A stretch of DNA of 64,000 nt from Chrysomallon squamiferum (GCA_012295275.1 CM022669.1:2170001-2234000), one strand, 5' to 3'. Positions 13,764-30,029 are shown, numbered from the stretch's first letter. Notes: a model not told the origin generated them from the letters alone. Program-made: numbers and translations.

Positions 13764-15279
13764 CACTTAATTTGAATCTTTTGCCATATTTTTAGTTAAT
13801 GTTATTCACTTTTATTATTTTGCCATTGTCATCATCATTATTATTATTATTACCGAAATATAAAAAAACTACTGCTACTACAACTTCTGTACTAATAGCA
13901 CTCCTACCACTGCTGCTACTGCTGTGTCTACTACTACTACTACCATTACTTTCATCATCGATATGTTAATAAACTGTATGTACTTTCATTTTACGTGCTC
14001 TAGTGTGTTGAGATGAAAATAATTATAGACTTGGTTCGCAAGCGGCAGGTGCAGCTAAAGCATTTAAAAACTTCAGATGTGACAGTGATACTGTAATTAT
14101 AAGAAAAACGAATTTCAGAAAATCAAAACATAATTATACATGAATCAGCCTAAATGAATTACTTGCTGATGATAGAAGTGTTTTATGCACTGACGCATCC
14201 ATGGCAACGATTCCTTGTTAAATCATTGTTAGCAGACAATTATTGTAAATTATAAATAGAAGAATGTATACTTTGTTATGATATAGTGCGATGTAAACTA
14301 CTACTACTACCACTACTGCAACTACTACAGCTGCTGCTATTACCATTACTACTTTGACAACTATTACTATTTCTATTGCCAATACTATTACTACTATTAG
14401 TGCTATTATTACTACTACTATGTTACCATTACAACTTTTACTACTACCAACAACATTATGAGTTGTATACTATTGCTGTCATTACTGCTAATTAGTACTG
14501 CTACTACTTTTACTAATAATATTAATAATTGAACTACAACTAAATTTATTTCTACTATTACTACTTCTACCCTTACAACTACTGTTACTAATATTTATAC
14601 TGCTACTGTTACTACGGTTACAACCACAAATACTACCATTACCACAACGGCTACTACAACGCTACTAACTCTATTACTACTATCACTATTACCACTAATA
14701 TTACTGTTTCTGCTGCTGTTACTAATACTACCATTATCATTATTGCTGTTGTTGTTGATTTTGTTGTCGTCGTTGTTGTTGGGTGGTGGTGGTGTTATTA
14801 TTAGTGTTGTTGTTTCTAACACTATTCTGTTGCTACTGCTATCGTTATTATTACAACTGTTACTGCTACTAGTAATAAAATCACTATTATCCTGCTCATC
14901 ACAGTTGTATTGATAAATTATGTGACTAACAAATAGCTGTGGACTCCGGGGAAGAAGTTTCTCTTTTAACAGATCTGCTTGTTCTGATTACTTACAAAAT
15001 TAACTACGTCAGCGACAACAGTCACTCTGTAATGTGATACGTTTATTTCGACAGTAAATTGCATCAAACATCGCCGGGGGCGTTCTGATCATTCTGAAAG
15101 CTCGCTTCTCAATCACAAGATAATTGAGTAGTTCTCTGATTTAATTTTATAAATGATGTTTTCCCGACAGCGCAACTGTGTGCTTGATTGTTTAACTATC
15201 TGAATTTTTTCTGTCACATTTCACTTTGATTTCTGTTTAAATAGATAAAGCTAACGAGACGTGAACATTTCAATATAGT

Positions 15280-16690
15280 TAATAATTATGTATTATTTTT
15301 TACGTTGCATGAAGGTATTAATAAATACAATTTGTAAATGAAAACTTACTGTAGTGTTTAAATTCTTAATAAATTATCCTCCTGTATTACTGCGTGAAGG
15401 TATCGATAAACGTATAATTATTTTATAATTTTTGGCATTTTTATAGTATATAAAATATTAATAAATATGATTTAAATTTTTTTATAGTATGAATAAAATA
15501 TATAGTCAGTAAATTTGTATAGATTCAAAATCCACAAGAAACTATTAATAAATATTGTATGTATTATAATAAAAATAAAATTAAATTAATAATTGTGGTG
15601 CGTATAAATATTAGCATATATAATTTATAATCTTGTGTGTATATTTTATTTTTATAAAATATCAATAAATATAGTTTATTACTATTTATTATTGTATAAT
15701 AAAGTGTCAATAAATAAAGGAACTAATTCTATGTTTTTGTAGTGTGTGTGAATGTATTAGTAAATACAGTTCATAATTCTCTATATTTTATTATTAGTAT
15801 TATATAAAATATCAATAATGTACATTAAAATATCAGTAAATATAATTAATAATTCTGTATATTTTTATATGATGTAAAAGTACCAATAAAAGTAATATAG
15901 TTAACAATTTTATATAACTTTTTATAAAGCACAAATATACAAAAATGATTTATAATTCTTATAAATTTGTATACGAAAGAAAAGTGCCATTAAGTATAGT
16001 TAAATCTCATTATTTCTGTAGTTAGCGAAATTAGCAATAAATTTAGTTTAAATATATGTTACTGTAGTTAGCAAAAAATCTATTATTTATTATTTTCTTA
16101 TTATTTTGTATAAAATACAATATTAAACAAAAATATGGCATCAGTAAATAAAATTAATATAATTTGATTCAGTGTATTTTTGTAATATATATAAAGTACC
16201 AAGAAAATTATAGTTAATAATTTAAAAAAAACAATTTGTACTTAATGTAATTATATGATTTTCATTCTATATTTTTTATGCATAATTGTATAAACAATAC
16301 CAGTAAGAACAAGGAATCAGTAATTCAAAATAACAATTTATAATTCTATCTTTGTAGTCATGTGTAAATGTCGAATATACTTTTTTTTTTTTTTTTTTTG
16401 GTTATAAAAGTTTGTAATATGCTAACTTATCAATAAATGTAGATTACAGTTTTTTATATTTAGTTTTAAAAAAGAATTATATCAGTGTATCAATAAATTT
16501 ATTAATAAATTGAGACATATATTAGTAAATTTAGATTGATATATATTTATATATTCAGATTAATCAGATTAGGTTTATATTAAATTGTTTATATTTTATA
16601 ATGTCTAAAGAAATGAATAAACTGTAGGCTATAATTCAAAATATTCTGAAAATATAATAAACACTTTTTATAATTTTATGATTAAAATGT
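15280..16690. repeat. Old degenerate AT-rich minisatellite (about 45-55 bp period)
   Basis: Recurring variants of TATCAATAAATATAGTTAATAATTCTGTATATTTTTATAGTATATAAAA (e.g. near 15660, 15750, 15830, 15880, 16200). Confidence 0.55.
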
Positions 16691-17693
16691 TACGGTGTCC
16701 AACAAGCTTTCGTAAGTAAGAGGAAAAAACATTTTATAATCAATTATCATATCTTATCATCTGATACCTAAACAAACAATTTAACATATGAAATGGCGAC
16801 AGAAACATCATTTAGTAGAAGCTAAGATACGGTTATTTGTTAGATATCACGCCATTAAGGTACGATTCCTTGTCATCATGAGCCGACATTCAGTAACAGT
16901 ATATGCCATAATGTAAATCCTGACAGCGAAGCTTAAACTAAATCCAGCTGAAGAGGGAGGTAGATAGGTATGATGGTTACGTACGAATCAGTCAAAAATC
17001 CTAAAGGTGGCAGTTAAAGAGATATCACATTTTCGAATTAAACGAGAAAAATAAAATCACCAAACATCAAAAGATGTATTTGTTATAAAAGACGAACATA
17101 TTTTATTTGTCATATATATTTATTATCGAATGGATATATTAATAACAGCTGCACTAATATGATGTATTAATATCACAGTACTATGATGATACAATATTTA
17201 AACAGATAATATGCCTTCAAAAATTAATCCAAATTAGATATTAACGACATTACAAAAATAAAAAAGGAAAGAATATTGAAAAAAACCCACATCAAAACAC
17301 ATGAACGTGTAACCCGATGAAGTTATGTTTCTGTGACAAACGGACGGTTATAAATGTATTTACAAAAATTCAACTAATGATATTTCATCCAGACTCGTGC
17401 AAATCAATTACACCAAGACGCAGGTGTGCGGTGCTTTTGATCATAGATCGGCCACGTTAATGATGTGTTGGGTAATTGACGCCGATCGAAGGTTGTCATT
17501 TTTCCTGCGTCTGTGTGTCATTTATCATAGATTATTTGCCATGTACATGTTTATTACCACAATCGCAAGTTAAAGCAAAATAATACGTCAGAATTTGATC
17601 GAATACGGAATGTGTTTTTTCTCTTCCTTGTCAAATAAATAACAGGATAATATATCTTTTATAAACGGTAAAAATGTAGATTTTTGGAAATTG

Positions 17694-17725
<32 letters not shown>

Positions 17726-18751
17726 AAATAAAAAGAGATAACAAAAGAGAGAGAAATGAAAGAAAACAATCTGTCATTTAAAGCAAATTTAAAATACACT
17801 CGTTTTATTATTATTATTTTTTTTTTTTTTTTTTTTTTGTGGAATGATTCATACACACATGTCTCTGTGTTAAAGCTACAGATGGACACATTCGAGATGG
17901 AGATAGGCCTATGTACTCTGTGGACACAAAATTAAAGTTTTACTTCTGCAATTACCGACGAAACCCAAATTTTTTTTTTTTTTTTTTTTTATTTCTGGAG
18001 TAGAATGGAAGTTTACCTATATACACCTAAAAATGTGTGAGAAAAAAGTTGGAATGTGAACAAAATGAATCTATGTCCAATATCAAACAGTCCTGTACTA
18101 ACACACACCCAGATCCGCTCGGCCAACTAACTAATTTCAATTTATCACTGAACCTTATCATATAAAAAGAAGGCTTGTGTGCTCTTGTATGAAATCTTAA
18201 ATTACACTTTTCACATCTATGAAAGTATCGTATTTCGAAGAAGGTTTTCTCTGCTAATCAGTGGCAGGTGTAGCTCATGAAACTTTCCACGTTAATGACG
18301 ACGGTCACACCGTTAGTCAATATTTCCAGCTGAAATAAATATTCAGTAAATATACACTTCATCTTACAAATAACTGCTTTATCCGCGTGCCGCGCTCGAC
18401 AACATTCACTAAGGTGAAAGAAAAACTAAACTGTCCTTCGACCCAATGCTTTATGTTTATTATAATAAAAAGAGTAAAGTTCATTAGACTGGCTTTCTGT
18501 TCATGTGTCGGCTTAGTTTACCATGAGTAATCTCTGAATGAATATATATGTATTGATGTATTGTTAAAGGTAGTTTTAAGGAAAAACCTTACTTAAAATT
18601 AGGATATTTTGTTTGCTGGACTCTCTAAAAAAGAACTTAAATGTTATAATAACAGCGAAATCTAAATGAAATACATCAAAGACAAGAAATATGTGTGTTT
18701 GTGTATATATCAATTTGTAGAGTGTTATCCAAGGTGAATATTTTTATTTAA

Positions 18752-18807
<56 letters not shown>

Positions 18808-21726
18808 TTTCTTCAAATGTCGTCTTTCAGAAACTAAAAGAATGTGGCCGTTCTACAAATTAATTCATAATTAAATCAGCTATTTTGTTATATTTAGACA
18901 CAGTTAAATCCGAAAATTTACTTTTCAGTCATTGTTGCAACCGATAAACTGTGATCAGCCGTGCAATGTCGTCTACAGAAACACAACTGAAATAAAAACT
19001 AACTAAACTAACCGATACAATTTAATTTATAATTAAGCATATTATTTGGTAGTATTTTTTATTTGAATAAAAGCACAAATATGACATGCACCTATCGTTT
19101 TATATATATATATATGTATATGTACTGACCTGAAACAATTACATCACAAAAATGAGTATACGCATACAGTACGTCACAGGATACAGAAAGGAGAGAAGTT
19201 TACATATTTTCAATCAACAAATAGTATATTTATTAAAGTAAACTTGACTATCCAATATATATCTTTTTTTAATATATATATATATATATAAAATAAAACA
19301 GACTCTGTGATAAAACACAAATGAAAGAAAGATTATAAAAATTTACAAATATTCTGAATCCGCTGAAACACAATGAAGATGTTCTAAATATTCCCAAGGA
19401 AAGATTATATGTATTCTACGTGATACTGGAAAGACAATCAGTCGGACGGAAGACATGCAGACAGATAAACAGACTAACGCAGAAAGAAGACAAAGAGAAA
19501 AACTGAGAGTTAAACATAGAGATAAATAGTCAAATAGAAAGACTTAGATATACAGAGAGATAATTATAATGAGTCATAGAAAGTATATGTGAAAAATAAA
19601 ATGTGATCAGAAATGTACAAAGAAAAGTTTCAAGAAAATGTGATATGTAAATCGACTTAAAATTTTCTATATATATATATAACATTTTGAATGCTTTATT
19701 TGTTTATATACCCTCCTCAAACAAGCGTTTTTGGATGCGTGTACTATTAGGAGTTTGAAAAATCAGATATTTAAAAAGTAAAAAATTTGGAATTGCTGAC
19801 CTTTCGGACTTTTCATCAGGAAAAAAAAAAGACGAAATTAATTATGAAATTATGTTTAAATAAATCTCATTTACTATCTCTAACCATACTCGTTCCAGCT
19901 CAGATTTCACTTTTGGTCTACCTTCGGTCTATACTTCTACAATCTGTCATTTCCAAAAACTGTTTTCAAAAGCTCTATATCTGGTAAAGCGAAATTAAGC
20001 TCTTCTCAGCTATGTTCTTATTTATTGTTGTTGCAGTGTTGTTAGTATCAAAGTGTATTCAATTTTCAGTCAATATTATCTTCCCAGGGGCAAACAGTTA
20101 ACGCTTACGTTAGTTGTTAATTTGTCTGTTTACACGTGAATAAGGTGTGTGTACTAACAGAACGAGCAGTAATGATTTAACAAGTGTCTATGTACATACA
20201 ACGAATAATTCACTCTAGGATCTCTTCTTAACTACAGACGATATAAATACAAAGGCAATTATTTGTAACAAATCGCAGTTTGTTTTTAATATAAAGTACA
20301 AGTCACTGGAGGATTTCCCGCCAGTTTTACTGCTGCGTGCTCAGAATTGCTCTGGACATGATAGCGGAATGGCGGCGGGTGACCGGTCTAACAAATCCGA
20401 GTCGGATGACGTGCATTTTGCGATCAATTACTTTGCACAAAACCCGCTTCGGAATCAAATTGTCATCTATTATCCGTTTTGTTCACAGAAATAAAATGTG
20501 AAGGAGTGATTTAGAAAGCCAGCTAGTCCGACCCTAATAGGCCGTGTTTGGCGAAGGCAGCTCGAGGGAAATACGCTAGTAAACACTGGTAATGAAACGT
20601 ACAGAGCCACAATGGCGCCGTGCCCGCTCTTGAAATGAACGTAATCAGGAGGATGTTCGTCTACAAAAGATGTGCCTGTCGTTAAGCCGCGACCGGCCGC
20701 TTGGGCAAAAATTACAGAAGGTCGAATATCAATATATGAATTAGACTAATATTAAAGTTTCCAAATGTTGTGTGTAATTGCCATTATCCGTGAACATGAA
20801 ATCAATTTGTTGCCGACGCATCAATCTTATTGGCCGAAGCGTTTGATCAGCAACACTCTATGGGACCGCGCACGAGTTCTGCTCGTGAAGGCACGAGACT
20901 CGAGACACGTTCTGGGATAGACACCAAATTGTGTTTCGTATTCATCACGATTAAAGCTTCTCATTTAATGTAGTGAGTCGAAGTTCTGAATAATGCAGTA
21001 CAAAGAAAGACACACTTGGGGAATGGACTCGTATCAAAACCATGCTTAGCCACGCGTTGACTTCAAAATATATTTGAGCTCGAAAAACTGTAACCAATTT
21101 GCAGACACGTTTTCCATCTTCTAGTCTCCGCGGTGTTCAGAATTCCACCAATACTGGTGATTGGCAAACATATTTTGAAAGAATGTTTCGTTGACTTTGG
21201 CCAGTTTGTTTCCACTTTTAAACTGAGTGGTCAGATGTTTCGTGTCATTAAATCATAGATCTCGAGTCAGAGTTGGCATAATGTCAAGTCATTATACCTG
21301 AAAAAGCATCTCCAAATCATAAAGAAATCATTTTGTGTTCCTGATAGATTAAACCATAGAACTACATACTGGATTTTAGCTATATCATATTTTTATAATT
21401 ATTTTAAAATATGTTAAAATATATCAAGTTGGGCACATTTATTATATTAGTAAATTAAACAGTATTTATTTGGAAATAACATAACTGTGTACTCCATATT
21501 TATTCCAATCCATATTTTTATTCATTTATATTAACAATTTTATTAAAACTGACAGATAATATAAATTTAAAAATGATTCACGTGTACTGAACTTGTTTTC
21601 GTCTATAAAAACCATACATCAAACAAAATAGTTTATAAATAATAACAATTTACTTTTGAAATGAAAACTGTTTTCAAAATAGTCTTTTATACCAACACGA
21701 AAGAAGTAACTGAATATTGTATACGT

Positions 21727-21773
<47 letters not shown>

Positions 21774-22541
21774 TTGTGTGCATCTACCTGAATGCGCGCA
21801 CAAATATACATACGTATATATATATATATTTGATTTTTACTTAAAATATATTTTAACTTATTAAATTATTTTAAATAAAATATAACAGTAAAAAATACTG
21901 TGACATCAACATGTTCAAATCATTACATAATTTGCACAAACTGATTTAACTTTGATTATATTTGTATTATTTCTAATATATGATAATAAATAATTAATAA
22001 AAAAAAAATTGTAAATACATTTCTTGTAACGTAAATATCTCCAGCTGATGGTATATAATAATGTAAAACATATATATATATATTATATTACAAAAAATTA
22101 AGTTTATGAAGCAGAAACATAATATTATTAACAAGAATTGAACAAAGCACACAAACGGGTACGAACGTGTTTGAATGTGTTTATGGGTGTTTTAATCATA
22201 ATAGTTTGAAGAATAACAACTGAATGTATTACATGGGACTGAATGTATATGTGTGTTTTAGTTCACTGAATAAATAAATAAGCAAGCAACGCGACTAACA
22301 GTACAACTTATTATTATTATTATTATTATGTTTAGTTATTTTCATTTTTATATTTACTTTAAGGTATTTCATGAAAGTTCGTATGTTAATGACAACATAA
22401 CTAAACAATATTCCGTGCATTAAATGAAAGATTTGAGTTATCAAACTAAACGTGGGAGGGGGTGTCGAGGCGAATAAAAGGGAAAAGGTCACAATTTTAA
22501 TAAAAATAAATTCTTCTATTGCAGTCTTCTGTACAACAATA

Positions 22542-22580
<39 letters not shown>

Positions 22581-23555
22581 AATAAAATAAAATAAAAATT
22601 AATAACTTTTAAAATTAACTCAGACTGTATGCAAAATATATCACAAAAAATGTCCACCTTTAATTGAAAAATCTAGTATTCACGGGACCAGATCAAACAA
22701 CGCATCAAGCAATAGATTAGAGTAAACCTTAACAACTAACCAAAACACGTACATATAAATTCCGGCACACGTTGTTGATAGCGGTAATCTACAAACCGGT
22801 CCGCCAACTCGGTCCTGTTGTCGACAGTGGTGGTCGGAATCAGGAAAGAAAATCCGATTTGTCCTTTTCTTCGTTGAAGCCAAATTGTGGAAAATTGATT
22901 TGATTACAGTAAGACGATTTTGTCTTGTTGTAGTCAAAGACAAAGTTATTCTTATGTGTTAATCCGATTGGGAAGTGTTGAGAAAACAATGCAGTATAAT
23001 GCGGCAAAGGATTTTCCCTTAACTTTCACAGCAAAGTACCTTTGATTGATGAAACGACAATACATGAAAGAAAAATCAGCCTTAAAAATTGAACGATTGA
23101 CGATTTTTGGATTATACTCCAATCGACTGTCAGTTGTTTACAACTGAGATGGGGCCATTGTGTGGCAGTAAAAGCTGTAAAACTCCCCGGGAGTAAAGCT
23201 TGAAAGATGAGAAAATCAAGTAGAAAATTTAGTATTTTGATTTTCTTTGACACTTACAGTAAAAAAAAAGAGAAGGGTTTCAACAGGAATGACTTCTTTA
23301 TTATTACGTGTTATTTCATCTACTTAAAGATATAACGATATTAATTGAGATTTGATGAAGATCAGTTGTTTTAAATCGACATTAAAATTATCCTGTTTAG
23401 TAATAATGATAATAAGGTCGATGATGATCATGATTATAATAATATCACATTTAATTAATTATGTAAAAATAATAACAGTAGCAGCAGCAGCAGCAACAAC
23501 AACAACAATAATAATAATAAATTTAAATTTAAATAAGAAATTTTTCATAGATGTA

Positions 23556-23608
<53 letters not shown>

Positions 23609-24326
23609 CTCTCTCTTCTCTCTTTTCTGTGTTTGTATTATTTATTTTACATGAAAAAAATAATTTATTTGTATTTGACTGTTACGTATAACTAATATTT
23701 ACCGAATACTAAATTGCTATACTGTTATGCGCAAAATATATTTCTAAAATAAATATTTTAATATAATTGTTCAATTTTTGAAAGGGCTATGCTCTGTTAA
23801 ACTCATAACTCCCATCCGACATGATGCATCCATTGTTAATGTGTGACTCGTAAAATTTTAAACACTCACTCTGTTAATATCTATCATGTACACATAGGGA
23901 CGTCAGATGCAGGTACACCTAATTACATTATTACATTACAGAACGTCTTACCTCGTATTAAAAACAAATGAATAAATTAATTAATTAAAATGTATGCATT
24001 GTTTTATGAACAGGTGATGTCATTGTGTCCGACTATTACTACTGAGTTTGTTCTGTTGTATTGTGCATTTCTTTCTCTTTGGAGTTAACTGTCTAAATAA
24101 TTATGAAAAGTTCTCTTTTTTTTCCTGTCAGTTTTCCAATGATATTTTTTTTAATTTCTTGTTTTGTTTTGAGGCGCGGGAATATTTCAGTATAATTTCT
24201 TTTTCCATTTGTTTGTGTATTTATTGTTTTGTGGGAGCCTCTGATTACTCTTCTTATTTTTATCTTTCGCTTTTCTTTTGTTTATTTATTTATGAGTTTG
24301 TTTGTTTATTCATTTATTTTAAACTG

Positions 24327-24381
<55 letters not shown>

Positions 24382-24419
24382 AACTCACATTTCTCTTTAT
24401 GCATTCATTAAGCGAGACA

Positions 24420-24760
24420 GATTGCTGGCGCGTGCATGTCAAATGCTACTTCACGTGCGGACCTCGAGCGAGGCACGCGCCACCGCTCGTGTTTACAAAC
24501 CATCGTTGATAGTTTCACCGGTCAACGATTTCCTTTCAAGATGGCGAGGTAGTTACAGCGTCACCCTCGAATTAATTATGTTCAAGTTTTCAAGAATGAA
24601 TAAACTGCCAGTCGGGTGGGAAATTAGTACCCTGTTTCTGTCGTGTTGTATTATTCATGTTGCCAACCCGTTTTATGTATTTTCTTGTTCCGTTGTGAAA
24701 AATAATAAGATAGATGTCGTGTTTCTTTGTTTTTAAAATTCGGCATGGCGTGAGTAATTG
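24420..24760. promoter_or_regulatory. CpG-rich cis-regulatory island with a bHLH (HES/Hairy-type) site cluster
   Basis: TGGCGCGTGC (24426-35) and GCACGCGCCA (24473-82) form a perfect inverted pair of CACGCG sites. Also central CACGTG (24452-57), CTCGTG (24486-91), YY1-like AAGATGGCG (24538-46) and GTGGGAA (24616-22). Confidence 0.5.
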
Positions 24761-25095
24761 AGTTACAGCGATTTAGAAAGGTCATTTTGGTTCGTTTGTG
24801 TGAAAGGTTTCACTACAAATAACAGCGCGGTGAACAATGCACGTTTAGTGGTGTGAAATTATTGTACGTGGGCAAACATTGTGTCCAGAACAAATACACT
24901 GAACAAAATGATAGTATAAATATATTCAACAAATAATTCATATTTTTAATTTCTGTATTTAAATTTTTATTTTTATAATTATTCATTTGTTTGTTTCTTT
25001 GTGTGTTTCTTTCTTTTTTCTTTATTTCGTATGTGTGTTTCTTTTTTTGTTTATTAATTTTCTTTTTTATCAAATAATATTCGATTTTGTTATTA

Positions 25096-25176
<81 letters not shown>

Positions 25177-27951
25177 TTTTTTTTTTTTGTTGTATTCTTT
25201 TTATATTTGTTGTGCTTTTTAGAATGGTTTTTCTTATTTTATTTCCACTTGCATTTATCTGAAATATTTACAAAAATGTAAAAGCGATTTCTTTACTGAT
25301 TTTTATTTTCTATGTTTTAATTGTTTTTAAATTATTTTTTCTTTATCATATTGTTTATATAAATATAATATAAATAATAGATAGATCGATTGATTGATAG
25401 ACAGACGGCTAGACTGAGATTAAGGAATAATTTTACGTTATGTCTTTTATCAATAAAAAATATATGCATTTACTGTTTATTAGTTTACTGAAATAAAAAT
25501 ATTGATAAATATCCCTTTTATACCTGAGATAAATAATAATAATAATAATAATAATAAACAAAAAATGAATAATAAAAATTCAAGAAATAATACAAAAATA
25601 AGAAATATTTTTAACAGTGATGGCAGAGGCATTTCCAGAATTCCCCACAACGGAGAAAAAATAGAACTTTTATGCAAGAAAGCCTCGTGGAATCACTACA
25701 GAATGAATACAATTTAATATAGAAACTTTTTTCTTTTTTTTTTAGTTGTGGTAGAAGTAGTCGCAATAGTAGCAGTAGTGTTATGATGATGATAGTGGTG
25801 ATGGTGTTGCATCCACTGTTAAAATATAAAGTCTGGTGATACTTGTTCATTGTCTCCTTTACGTTAAGTAAAATTTAAAGATTTTATCTTATAACTGTAC
25901 AAGACCTCTTAGATTTGTCTAAATATGTTGTAATATTCAAATAATAATAATAATAATACTAAATATACTTTTTAAAAGTTTTATCCGATTTAAAACATTT
26001 TTGTTTACAGAAACGTGACGATACAAACTCTAATAATTAATTCAAGATTTAACGACTCTTCACTCTCGTTTTAATTTCGCGACTTTTCACACAGCAATTA
26101 AAGGTCTCTCTCCACAATAGATTTTACCGTTTTCCTTCACTCAATTGCTAACATTAACTGGTATTGCTTTCTTTAATTTGCCCCCAATTAGCGCCAGTTC
26201 CTTCCTGAGAGGGACGGGAACCATTGTTGTGGCAGTGTCTAGCGACCAGACTTTGAATAAAAGGGTGAGGTAATTGCAGTAGTTCATTTAAGGTGAAGCA
26301 AGAAGGACCTATAATCACAATTCGGGTTCAAAGGCTTCATAAGCAATTGATTAGAATAAAAACTTAACGCCCATTGGAAGTCGCGAACGTTTGGAATTAA
26401 AACAAAAACAAAGCAAAGCTCTGAGAATCGGCTGGAACCGTCATTTACATGTAACGGACAGGACGTCGAGTCTCGTCACAGCCAATCGAGAGAGAGGTAA
26501 TTACGATCGATCGGAATTAATCACGCCCCTTTGTCGTCGTGTCCGGAAATCTTTTGTAATCATAATATTCTCTCGGCCGATTGATCTGTTTCAGTGAAAG
26601 TATTCTAGATAAGGCATAAACAAGGCAATGTCGGCGTTTGCCATATGCTTGTGTGTTCCGCAGTGCATTATTAATTATGAACACAGCGTTTATAAAGATA
26701 GCTCAGTTTCCAACAGTTATCAGCTGAATTAAGAGCAAGCTAGCACACAAGTTTGAACAATAATTTGTCATTTTAAATTTTCAGATTGAAAAAGACGAGA
26801 AAAGTATTAAATTTATTTTGTTATATATTATTAGTTGGATATAGTTTACTAAAACAAAAATAATTTGTAAAGGACAATATTCTTAATTAAGAATGGGTTT
26901 TAATTAATACGTATTTTAATTTGTTGTGGAAATTTTTATTGTAATTAAACTTTGGTACAAGTTTGAAAAACATGATTAGCGAAGATAGACAGACGAAGAC
27001 AGACAGCGGTAAGTACGAAATATTTATTTGTTTGTTTGTTTATTTTATTAAAATTTTTTAATTATTAATAATTGTTAATATATTATTATTAATTATTTGT
27101 TTGTTTAATGCTTGATTTTTAAAATTTGTTTATTTAATGTTTATTTATTTATTTATTTATTTAGTTAGTTAGTTAACTAGTTAGCTAGCTAACTAATTAG
27201 TTGGGGGTTTTTTGTTTGTTTTCTTCGTTTTTTTTTTTATTATTTCAGTTTTATTGTCACTCTTTGTTTCTCTGTGAATATGTATGGTTTCTTACAATTT
27301 ATTGTAATATTTTATACCAGATGGTTAATTAAAAATAAAAGTAACATTTAAAAGTATTTTAATTTTAAAATGCTTATATTTAATAAATATGCGTACACTT
27401 TGTGTGTGCATCGATGCGTGAACGTTTGTGGGTGTGTTTGTGCGTGCGTTTGTGCGTTTGTAGAAATGTAGATATTGCAATAAATAGTAATTACATTTTT
27501 TATATGAAAATGTATTTTAAAATATTTTCTTTTCTTTATCATAATTAGAATACTATTATGTTTACAGATATTCACGTAAGCATGTAATACATTTACCTGA
27601 TTATTAGTGAAGATACATGTACTTGTTATTCCAGATTTACCAAATTAGGAAAAGGAATAATTGTTAATTTAAGAGATTTTAGAAAATATTTTAGAAAATA
27701 TTACAATTTTTTAAATTTTGATGTTTTTGACATTTTTCATATAACATGTATATAATAGTTTATTTTCTCTATTCAATATAAGTTGTCAGATGTTTTTACC
27801 GTAACAGGTAACCTAAAATAGACAGAAAAGACAAATTATTATTAATATTATTATTATTATCATTATTTTGTACTATGTAAACAGACACAGAATTTTTCAT
27901 CGCTTACAAATTAAATGTTAGTAATTATTCTACAAAAAAATATTTTATAAA

Positions 27952-28070
<119 letters not shown>

Positions 28071-28987
28071 CGGAAATCATGAATCAGTATTTAAAAATAA
28101 TATAAAATCAAATAAATATCTCTAAAATACATTCATGAATAACATGAAATTAATTAGCAACAAATTCAAATATTTTTTAATTAATAATACTCCTGAAATA
28201 TTGTTAATGAAAAGTAAAGATGGAAATTCAGACATATACAAGAATAAAGAAACTTAATGAATAATTTAAACAACAGCAACGTTTAACATATAGTATGTGA
28301 ACATTAATATACTTCACACATGCACACGCACACAATCGAATATACGTAATATTATATCAATTTCAGTACCTACTTTTATATCTACACGGTATCTTTTAGA
28401 TAACTGGTAAACATAAAGAAAGATAAACACATTGCCATAAAGACATACCGAAGAACAGATAAGAAAAGAAATATGTATTTGGTGCCAAAATACTATTATA
28501 TAATAACCCTTTGATAAAATAAAAATAAAACAGTATTTCCAACTGTATTTAATGCATTTTTAATTAATTTTCTCTGTAGAAATCGGAAAGTATAAATAAT
28601 CTTGTGTATTTGCTATATATACTTAATACAACGACATTCTATCAATTAACATTACCTATTCAAGTCAGAAATAGCATTAACTTGCGTGCATTGTGCAGTT
28701 AATGTTAAATGTTAATGTTAACTAATGTAAATAATCGGATTTCTGTTTCATAAAATTAATGTAGAATTTCATGCTTTTAAAAGTATAATAATATTGTTAT
28801 TTTATACACAGCTGAAGATAAAGGTATTTACAGTATAAGAATAATATTTTAAAAGAATTATTATTTAAATGAGTATTAATATAAAAATGAAAATAATCAT
28901 TCAAATTATCAACATTTTATTCAGCAAATGTCAAGTTTTTAAATTATATAACGGATTTTATCATTGTTGTTGTTGTTATTATTATTA

Positions 28988-29040
<53 letters not shown>

Positions 29041-29420
29041 CTGTTACATATATTCCTGTATATATCTAGCTGTTTGGTTGGTTCTTTCATTTATCGATCT
29101 ATCTACAAACATTCAGTTCACTTGACTCATTTCATAAAATTAGTTTTATACAATGCAGTGTTTATAGATGTATATGTCAGATGTATATATAAGAATACAA
29201 TAATAAAAATACATGATAACATGAAAATTAGTTTTATAAACTTATACAGAGTTAGTGTGCGAACTGTTTTTAATTCGGCAAACTAACGATAGATCATTAT
29301 GAATAAATTTCACCTAATAAAGATATATTAAAAATGAAAAAATATTGACGTGAAGTATATTAAATATTTTCCAGTGAAAGTAGTTTAACTTTTGTCACAT
29401 GTGTGTATATGTGTGTTATG

Positions 29421-29458
<38 letters not shown>

Positions 29459-30029
29459 TATTATTATTATTATTATTATTATTTTTTATATTTTTTAATA
29501 TGCTGTACATTTTTAATTATGATAATAATTAATTGTTTGAAAGCAAATATTACTTTAAAAAGAACTTCGAAATAAGCATTATAATGTTTTTTTGTTTGTT
29601 TTTTAAATAGAAGTTTATAATTATTTTGATAAGACTTAATACATTTATTTTTATAATCTAAATTTATGATTAATGAAACTAAAAATGATACATAATAATG
29701 AAAACAATAATAAAATTAATATTGAAATATATTTACTTATGATATAAATAAATATTTTAAATTCTGTAAATAATCATGACATATCAATTAACTAACATCT
29801 AGATAATGTCTACAACAGCAAAAATAATAATTTGGTTACTTTATTTGCTTTAAGTAAATACTGGCACATTTATTAGTTTTTCAAATATCATGTGGATGAT
29901 GGAAAATTAATATGCTGAGAAAATATTTCTAAATTAAGCATATAACTATATAAATAATATCGTTCAAGTTATAATTATACAAAATATGTTTAATTATCAA
30001 TGACATTTTTAATATAAGCAGGTTGCTTA

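Noticed and set aside
26230-26250. miR-34-like TGGCAGTGTCTAGC
   Set aside because: Only the 5' half resembles miR-34; the 3' half differs and no complementary hairpin arm is visible.
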